Shown here: piece after piece, positions 56,821 to 64,000 of the stretch
How the letters are laid out: each line of letters opens with the position of its first letter
Numbering within the stretch: the stretch's first letter is position 1
Assembly (NCBI GenBank): GCA_029953675.1
Contig: JAMWBK010000011.1
Location: forward strand, 744,001-808,000
Origin: Rhodosorus marinus CCMP1338
Lineage: Eukaryota; Plantae; Rhodophyta
Length of the DNA: 64,000 bases
Reading direction: 5' to 3'
Translations under genes and position numbers: made by a program
Notes under the pieces: model-generated
Databases searched by the model: none
Told to the model about the DNA's origin: nothing
Seen by the model: only the letters and a program-made list of their open reading frames with translations

Positions 56821-56935
56821 TGAACTTGTTTAATCGGAGACTGAAAGGAAAACCCCCCGGGGAAAAAAAGACTAGGCGCCGCGAAGATCGCGCGAATCCA
56901 ACATCAAAGCGGCGTTCATACGCCACACCAAGAAT
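56821..56935 (+). repeat. Dispersed repeat, partial copy B (left arm of an inverted pair)
   Basis: TGAACTTGTTTAATCGGAGACTGAAA...GAAGATCGCGCGAATCCAACATCAAAGCGGCGTTCATACGCCACACCAAGAA matches copies A and C. Confidence 0.8.
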
Positions 56936-57310
56936 GTCTCCTTAGAGCACATTTTGTTGTCACGGCCTTTTGGGAGGGGGAGGGGGTAGAGTGGGGCTGA
57001 GATGCCGCATTTACAGAATGGGGCAGATTCCAATGGTGTTGATACCCCACTGACCCCATTGGTCCCACATCCGCGATTCCAACCGTCCTGTCCACTTTCT
57101 GATGCCCCAATTTCTTGCCTCAACGCTTGATGTGTGGATTACGTTGGCTCCAGAAGGGAGGTGAGGTGAAGCTTCCGGCAAGGCCTTGTCAACAGCTGCA
57201 GCTTCTCTGTTTTGCGAGCTTGTGACGGAGCCTTGTGAAGAGCGGCTGCTTCTATACAACCCCCAATTTTCCCCTCCTTCATCTCAATTTTCATTCAATT
57301 TGTTTTCATC

Positions 57311-57517
57311 ATACGAACACATACCTCAAGATATTGTATTTTAGGTGCATTAAGTGATATATTTAGGGGACAGTTTTTCATGAATATACTAAATAAAGTT
57401 GCATATGGCTCCAATACGAACGTACCTGAACATATTGTATTTTAGCTGTATTAAGTTGTATACTATTGGGACATTTTTTTTTCATGAATACTACTAAATA
57501 AAGTGGCATATGGATCC
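57311..57517. repeat. AT-rich tandem duplication, period ~103 bp
   Basis: ATACGAAC...ATATTGTATTTTAG...TTCATGAATA...CTAAATAAAGT.GCATATGG at 57311 and 57414. Confidence 0.9.
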
Positions 57518-57608
57518 TGTCCCATTTTTCGCCCAATCGAATCCCCCCAATTGTGCCCTAAATCAAAAGTTTTGGTAGTTTCTCATTGTGCCTTACACGC
57601 TCATATGA

Positions 57609-57870
57609 TATTTCCTGGCCAGTGCGCCAGAGTCAGAAAGGGGGTATTTTCTAGTGTTTTTTATATTATGAGGAGATTGTGAGTAACTAGCCGCTGGCAG
57701 TATGAGACGTTGTAAAAGAGTTGAAATATCCCTTTCTTACTAAACAATTTTGTAACCGTAGCTTTTCGTCCGCGCAGAGGTATTTCCTGGAGACTGGCGC
57801 CACAGTCAGAAAAGGGGGTATTTTTTTTATTTTCTAGTGTTGTTTTATACTGTGAGGAGATTGTGGACAC
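57609..57870. repeat. Tandem duplication, period ~172 bp
   Basis: TATTTCCTGG...GCGCCA.AGTCAGAAA(A)GGGGGTATTTT...CTAGTGTT...TGAGGAGATTGTG at 57609 and 57781. Confidence 0.85.
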
Positions 57871-58011
57871 TGGCGCCCTATACGACTGAGGTTCTAGTCC
57901 TCAGGCTAGTCGCTAGTTGCCGGCCGCGGGAGAGCGCTGTGGAATTGCCGCTGCCAGTGTGAGGCGTCGCAAAGAGTGGAAATATGTTGGGGGGTGGGGG
58001 CTTTCTTTGTC

Positions 58012-58278
58012 TTCCCCAGGCATTCGTGCTTCGGCTCTAGCTCATCGCCTGGTACCTCTAGTCATTAAGTGCTTTGGGTTTTCTGGATTCCGTTGGTTCT
58101 CGTTGGCCTGGGAATTGTCCCCTGACCGTCTCTCCTCGTTGTTTCTCCGTCCAAGTTTCTTGCTGTGGCGTATGAACGCTGCATTGATGTTGGAGGGGGT
58201 CGACGATCTTCGCCGAGCTAAGCCTGTTCTTTTCCCCCTCGGGTTGTTTTTCTTTCATTCTCCGATTAAACAAGCTCA
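58012..58278 (-). repeat. Dispersed repeat, copy C (right arm of the inverted pair with copy B)
   Basis: Reverse complement starts TGAGCTTGTTTAATCGGAGAATGAAA and continues GAAGATCGTCGACCCCCTCCAACATCAATGCAGCGTTCATACGCCACAGCAAGAAACTT. Confidence 0.8.
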
Positions 58279-59417
58279 CCACCGTAGGGAGAAAAAAAAG
58301 TAGTAGTTTCTAGTTGTTTTTTGGATATTATGAGTAGGGTGGTGCCAAGTGGATCCGGTTTTTCCCTGTTTAAGACTCACATCCCTCCTTAAACCCTCCT
58401 GTTTTCGCGGGTTTAACCACTTCTGGGTCGTAAACAGAGAAAAACCCTGACCCACTTGGCACAACCCAACTATTATGAGGAGGAGAACATTACTCGGGGT
58501 TGCTTCATGGTTTCTGCTTTTTGTTTTCATTTTTCTTCAATTAAGAATTTTGCTGGAAAAAAAAGCTTTCTTTTTTTTTTCCTGTCGCGCGCAGGTCCCC
58601 TTCCTCCTTGCGTTTTTTGAAAGCTTTTTATGGGTCCATGTCCTTTTCACGGTGAGCAGCTGCAGAGGGAACATTGGAAGAAATAGGTCGTGCTTGTGGC
58701 CCCAAAGTGGGATATTGTTTAGACGATATAATTTTTCGGGCCTCCTCGGCATGCCTTTCGAGTGACGGGCTCCTCACGCAATACGACTTTTTCTCTTTGC
58801 ATTTTGTAATGGGAAGGTTTGTTCGAAGATTTTTTCAGTGCAAGACGAGATTTTGATTTTTCTCGTTGCCAGAAAGGGGGGGGGGAGTTTTGCTGAGGAG
58901 AGAAGGGTTGATTGTACATTTGGGAGGTGGTAGGACCCCTCCTGGTAAGGATGAGGAGACGAGGGTTGGCATAATCGATATAGTGTTCGGGTGGGTAGTG
59001 GGCAGTGGGCGGTGGGTGGAATGTTTTGTTGTTGTGTCCGGTTTGGGGAGGTTTTGTTCGGGTATTCTCTTTGTTGAGCGGATGAGCTGCCGCTCTTAGC
59101 TTTTGAGTTGGAGGACTGTTTCAAGGTTGAGAGAGACACGGGATTTGATATTTGATGTATGTTGGGGCGGGTAATGGGGGGTAGGAGGAGGTGGAGCTCG
59201 TCTACTTTGAAGATTTCTTGTGGTGCTCAGCGCTTAATGGAGATCTGACGGCAGTTGGTCACGCGAATGGTTGTGGGAGGGTTCTGGCTGAGCTTTTGCT
59301 TTTGGATTGTTCTGGTTGTTTCGAGGTTTTAGGGGTTCTTGAAAGCGAGTTTGGAAGATAATTGCGCTCGAGCGGGGCCCGGATGTTGTGGAAAGAGGTC
59401 CTTGGTCTTTTGAAACC

Positions 59418-60797
59418 ATGGATTTGGTTGGAACGGAGACTCTGGGTCCGTCCGTTTGCACGCTATCGTCTTTGTTTGAATGGGATTCGATTCCTTTGAA
59501 TTGGATGATGTTCAAGAGCGATAAACAGGCTGTTCCACACGCTGGAGACTGGACGATTATGTTGATGGATACGATTTTTAAAATTCCAGAGGCAACTGGT
59601 ATGGCCTTGCAAAAGTCTGAGGTGGCCAGGATGATATCAGTGTTGAACCAGCCTTCGCTGATGATGACGGAGGTTCACGAAAGGAACTATTCGCTAGGGT
59701 CTGGGTGGGCGTTCGTAGGTGGTTTACCGCAACTGGGCCTAAAACTGAACTCAATGTTTCAAGGACTGCAACGCGTTCGGTTTGTTACGTTCTTCGAGAA
59801 CTACAAAGCTGTTGTGGTCTTGGCCAGCGAAGTACGACCTGGGGTGATTGCCTTTATTAGACTCGCCGAGGTGAATGGGAGATACAACTACAGTATATGG
59901 GGACTAGCAGAAAAAGATAGCGGAACGATAGTGGCGAGTCAGGACCACCTCGATAGACGAAACTGTGACATGTGCAATCTGATGGACATAGCGTGCGAAC
60001 CTCGGAGCTGCAAGAACGAACAGTCGTTTGATGACCTGCGAGCGTCGAGAGAAGCAATTTTGGATCGGATGGAGTACCCCATGTACACGATGGAATACAC
60101 CAAGGCGTGGCTTCCTGGAAAGTGGACAGTGCCCGTGGGACCGTTGGAGCCAGTGACCTTCAGAACGCCAGGGTACATTTCTGGAGCTAGTTTTGAGTTG
60201 GCTTTGCTATCAGTGCGTCAAGATGAGTCAATGAGGGTGCATCCTCCACGAGGTACCTTCAGATTCGTCAAGCTTGGGATGAACGAAATGGAGTGCTTCC
60301 TGAACCTGGAGGGGACGTCTACGGCGGAGACGGCTCTGTCAAATGGAACTTCTCAGATATCCTATGAAAAGCAAACTGACGAGGTTAGCGTTTTGGAGTC
60401 TGTCCAGGAGGAGACTAAAGAGTTACCTCGGACGAAAGGGAGCACGAACGTATGTGAACTATGCGGTATGAGCTTCAGAAGCGTTCACGATCTCAGAAGT
60501 CATGGCGCGGCAATTCACGGGAAGAAGAAAACTCATTCATGCAGATACTGCCCGAAGACGTTTACCCAGAACGGACACCTTAATGAACATATCCGAGTAA
60601 GGCACAGTGGGAGGAACATTTTCATGTGTGATATCTGCCAGAGGGTGTTTGGAGCAAAATCCAAGCTGCAACGTCACATCACAACGGTTCACGAGAAACG
60701 ACGAAATTTCGCTTGCGAATTCTGTTATGGGACGTTCAAGGAAAAATCGTACTTGAAACAGCACGTGCAAAAGGTTCATGGAGAGAAAGCAACGTGA
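59418..60797 (+). CDS. N-domain + Cys4 + 4xC2H2 zinc-finger protein (member 12)
   Basis: ATG at 59418 in AACCATGG context (MDLVGTETLG), 459 aa. Recent duplicate of 51615. Confidence 0.95.
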   Translation: MDLVGTETLGPSVCTLSSLFEWDSIPLNWMMFKSDKQAVPHAGDWTIMLMDTIFKIPEATGMALQKSEVARMISVLNQPSLMMTEVHERNYSLGSGWAFVGGLPQLGLKLNSMFQGLQRVRFVTFFENYKAVVVLASEVRPGVIAFIRLAEVNGRYNYSIWGLAEKDSGTIVASQDHLDRRNCDMCNLMDIACEPRSCKNEQSFDDLRASREAILDRMEYPMYTMEYTKAWLPGKWTVPVGPLEPVTFRTPGYISGASFELALLSVRQDESMRVHPPRGTFRFVKLGMNEMECFLNLEGTSTAETALSNGTSQISYEKQTDEVSVLESVQEETKELPRTKGSTNVCELCGMSFRSVHDLRSHGAAIHGKKKTHSCRYCPKTFTQNGHLNEHIRVRHSGRNIFMCDICQRVFGAKSKLQRHITTVHEKRRNFACEFCYGTFKEKSYLKQHVQKVHGEKAT

Positions 60798-62186
60798 GGA
60801 ATTCCTGCCCTGACATCCTGTTTACACCAATAACGCCGTGCAGCGCTTCCCTCCCGATGTAATTAATTATCCCACGCTCCTGACTACAAAGCTTTCCGCG
60901 TGGGACGGCGGGCGGTCGCTGGGTTCTCACCCTCCAGAATTCACACTGGCGTGCTCGGATGGGGTGATGGCTTCGCCACCATGTCTTGCCATTCCTTTCA
61001 GTCTCGAACAAGACGTGAGGCCTCAGCTAGCTCTCGAACCCCCACCTAGTTTCCCAACCCTGAACATTTACTTTATATAATTAATCATGAACTGTATACC
61101 TTGATTTTGTTTCTCATTGGATTCGATTGGTTATCAAATCCGAGCTGACGTTTCCTGTCCTTAGTCCGGATTCATCTATCCCGAAATCGCCCCGCAAATT
61201 CTCCCCCTCCCCCCCTACACCGTTGGAGTGAGAATCTATACGTCTGTTTTTTATTATTAACGGGAGCAATGTGGAAAGTAATATTTTTTCCTACGGGGAT
61301 GGTTGCTGGATGATATTCGGTCTTGCTTAATTTGTTTGTGTGCCCGGGATGGAAGTTGGTTTTTTGGATATATTATGGAGGATTATTTTGGATATAATGA
61401 CTAGATTTGGTTGAGTTGGTGCCTACTTTTCTCTGATTTGTGGTTGTCAGGTGATGGTGTTAGTGTGAGTTCGGTCGAATGGCTTTTGGGGGGGAGAGGG
61501 GGTTGGATCCTCTATAGTCCGTCTTAACCCCAGTTACTGAACGTAGAAGAGTCACAGAACTCTTTTGATTCCCATCTCCTCAATCTCCCACCAATTCCGC
61601 CCCCCTCCAACCCAGTATTGTACGGTTCCCAGTTCGTACCAGGAGCTAAGAGCCAGCCACTACCAAACTGAACTTCTTTTTTTCGGGTGCTTGAGGTTGT
61701 GTGAAGTGGAAGGTAAATCATCGTTTTGAGGTTTTTGAGGTCTTCGGCCGGGGTTTCGATGAAGTTCGCTACCAATTGGGTGATCTGCGGTCGATTTTGG
61801 ATTGGGTGGATTGGCGTTGGATTTGGATTTTGAGTGGGGTAGCTGAAGTTGAAGTACTGAAAGAGGGAATTGGGTCGTCCTGAGGTTTGCACGTCTTCGA
61901 CAGGGTCAGAGCGGGGTTTCCATGGCCGCCCTGGACTTTTTTTTTTGTTTGTCTTGGGGATTACCTAGGTCTTTTGGCTGAGAGGAGGGCATGACGTCCG
62001 GTCGATGAACTCGCGTACGTGCTCTGCTGGAGTGGCGGGGATTGACGGAGGTCTCCGTCTTTGTCTGGTTTCTGGTTTTTAGTATCAGGAGAGAGGTTCG
62101 AAGAGCGCTGCCCTGACGTTTTGAGCGATCAGACGTTCCAGTAGAGGATTTCCCAGGAGATCTACTAAGCGCGGTTCTTCTGGAGA

Positions 62187-63557
62187 ATGGAGTCACTTGG
62201 AACTCAGTTTTCCAGCCTGTCTCCTCATTTGGAATGGGACTCGATACCTATGAACTGGTCGCTTTTCAGGTTGCATAGGCAGGCCGTACCGTATCCCGGA
62301 GATTGGTCAGTGATGCTCATTGATATGCGGTTTAAGATACCCGAGTTGACGGAGTCTGTTATTAACGCATCCGTTAGCGCTCGAATGATCTCGTTGTTCA
62401 CCCAGCCATCGCTGATGATGACTGAGGTGCATTGCGACTCTTACATTCTCGGATCCGGATGGACTTTTCTTGGAGGTCTTCCGGACCTGGACGGGCTATC
62501 GAACGGCAGGCACGCTGGTATGCAAAGGATTCGCTTTTTGTCATGGCTTGAGAACAACAAGGCGAGGGCGCTTCTATCCAGTGAGGTTCGCCCAGGACTA
62601 ATCGTCTTCGCGAAGATCTCGGAACTGGATGGCAGATACAACCAAACTACGTGGGGCCTTGTGGGCCAGGATGATGAGACAGTCCTTCACACTCATGTGC
62701 ATCTAGAGAGGCGGACATGCGATGTGTGCCGCACCATTGGGAAGCCCTGCGACGATAGGATTTGCAAGTTCGAACAGTCCTTCCACGAGATGAGAGATGC
62801 CAGGATATCGCTTCTTGAGCAGATGACAACACGATCTGTGAATATGCAGTATACGATGGCGTGGTTGGCTGGCTCTTTTACAATCCCGTGTGGGCCGCTG
62901 GAGCCAATGACCGTCGATACGTCGTGCTATATATCGGGGTCGAACTTTGACAGGGCACTGCTTGCAGTCTTGCAGAGTGAGGTCTCCAGCGTACACCCGC
63001 CTCGATCATCGTTCCGATTCGTGAAGCTGGTCAAGGATGAGGTGGATGGACTCCTTGACACCGAAGTATATTTTTCAGCTGCAGAAGATCAATTCCTTAC
63101 GTTTCCAGCGGATTGTGCGTCTTCCTCGGGAGAAGGTTCAGGGCACAAGCAAGTGTCCACGTCGGCGTCAGAACCATTGGAGCCCAGGTCGACGGCGAAG
63201 AAACACGTGTGCGACGATTGTGGGGCCTCGTATGGGAGAGCCTACCACCTGAAACGGCACTGGACGGTGGTACACCAGAAGAGGAGGGACTACTTGTGCT
63301 CGGCTTGTGACAGGACCTTTACACAGAGTGGGCACCTGAATGAACACGTTCGAGTGGCGCACCGTACGGAGAACCTCTTCCAGTGTTCAAGGTGCGACAA
63401 GAGTTTTGGTACCAGCTCCAAGCTCACAAGGCACACACTTACTGTTCATGAGAACCGTCGTAGATTCGAATGCGACGTATGCATGAAAAGATACAAGGAG
63501 AAGTCGTACTTAAAACAGCATTTGCGCTCTCAACATGGTGTTCAAATGGAAGCGTGA
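62187..63557 (+). CDS. N-domain + Cys4 + 4xC2H2 zinc-finger protein (member 13)
   Basis: 456-aa ATG ORF with all motifs and four fingers. Confidence 0.95.
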   Translation: MESLGTQFSSLSPHLEWDSIPMNWSLFRLHRQAVPYPGDWSVMLIDMRFKIPELTESVINASVSARMISLFTQPSLMMTEVHCDSYILGSGWTFLGGLPDLDGLSNGRHAGMQRIRFLSWLENNKARALLSSEVRPGLIVFAKISELDGRYNQTTWGLVGQDDETVLHTHVHLERRTCDVCRTIGKPCDDRICKFEQSFHEMRDARISLLEQMTTRSVNMQYTMAWLAGSFTIPCGPLEPMTVDTSCYISGSNFDRALLAVLQSEVSSVHPPRSSFRFVKLVKDEVDGLLDTEVYFSAAEDQFLTFPADCASSSGEGSGHKQVSTSASEPLEPRSTAKKHVCDDCGASYGRAYHLKRHWTVVHQKRRDYLCSACDRTFTQSGHLNEHVRVAHRTENLFQCSRCDKSFGTSSKLTRHTLTVHENRRRFECDVCMKRYKEKSYLKQHLRSQHGVQMEA

Positions 63558-63630
63558 CCGTGGCAGTGCATGTTTGGTTTCTCTTTTTCCTTTTGTTCCT
63601 TGTGTTAAGAGCTTAGATAGAACAGGCGAG

Positions 63631-63945
63631 GAGGAATCTATTTATCAACTGATGGACTGGTAAAAGCTAAGGGCAATTATCTCGCTGTAGCTGCATCGTT
63701 AGACCGACGAGGAATCTATTTATCAACTGATGGACTGGTAAAAGCTAAGGGCAATTATCTCGCTGTAGCTGCATCGTTAGACCGACGAGGAATCTATTTA
63801 TCAACTGAAATAAAGGACTGGTAAAACCTAAGGACAATTGTCTCGCTGTACCTGCATCGTTAGACCGACGAGGAATCTATTTATCAACTCATGGACTGGT
63901 AAAAGCGAAGCACAATTATCTCGCTGTAGCTGCATCGTTAGACCG
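63631..63945. repeat. Minisatellite, four near-identical 78-bp units
   Basis: Units start at 63631, 63709, 63787 and 63870 (GAGGAATCTATTTATCAACT...GCATCGTTAGACCGAC). The third has a 5-bp insertion. Confidence 0.97.
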
Positions 63946-64000
63946 CAGCAGGCCCAACAAGGCGAAAGCGTGATCTAGTCGGGTAAGGGACCCCATTTAT

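Noticed and set aside
18726-63557. Naming the genes as KRAB-, ZAD- or BTB-zinc-finger genes, or giving gene symbols
   Set aside because: No KRAB box or BTB motif is present. The Cys spacing differs from ZAD (two widely separated C-x2-C pairs). No specific ortholog is recognisable.
63631-63945. Possible CRISPR array (also considered for 26052-26185)
   Set aside because: The 78-bp units have no unique spacers. The 11-bp palindromes with ~13-bp spacers are far too short. There are no cas genes and the context is eukaryotic.

Overview
Eukaryotic, intron-poor genomic DNA. A red-algal origin is a guess from gene style and cannot be shown from the sequence. The window is dominated by a head-to-tail array of 17 apparently single-exon C2H2 zinc-finger genes, all on the + strand. 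Thirteen are full-length (about 440-490 aa) and share one architecture: a ~290-aa N-terminal domain I cannot assign to a named family (motifs LEWDS.P..W, LGSGWAF.GGLPE, an invariant C-x2-C-x6-C-x4-C, W..G.W..P, HPPR.SFR), an acidic linker, and four C2H2 fingers. One divergent member (10333) has two fingers and has lost the Cys4 motif. Three short genes at the left end have three fingers and no recognisable N-domain (the first is cut by the window edge). Base-contacting finger residues are nearly invariant across the array while the N-domain has diverged, except in the youngest gene pair (51615/59418), where the pattern is reversed. Spacers hold decayed mobile DNA: two tandem 3' ends of an RLE-type non-LTR retrotransposon, a ~230-bp dispersed repeat that includes an inverted pair, and a possible tyrosine-recombinase relic. 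They also hold 2-4-copy tandem repeats upstream of several genes, clustered palindromic motifs and perfect hairpins. No rRNA, convincing tRNA or CRISPR array was seen. Most short ORFs in the track are antisense shadows or chance, and TTG/GTG starts were moved to the aligned ATG.
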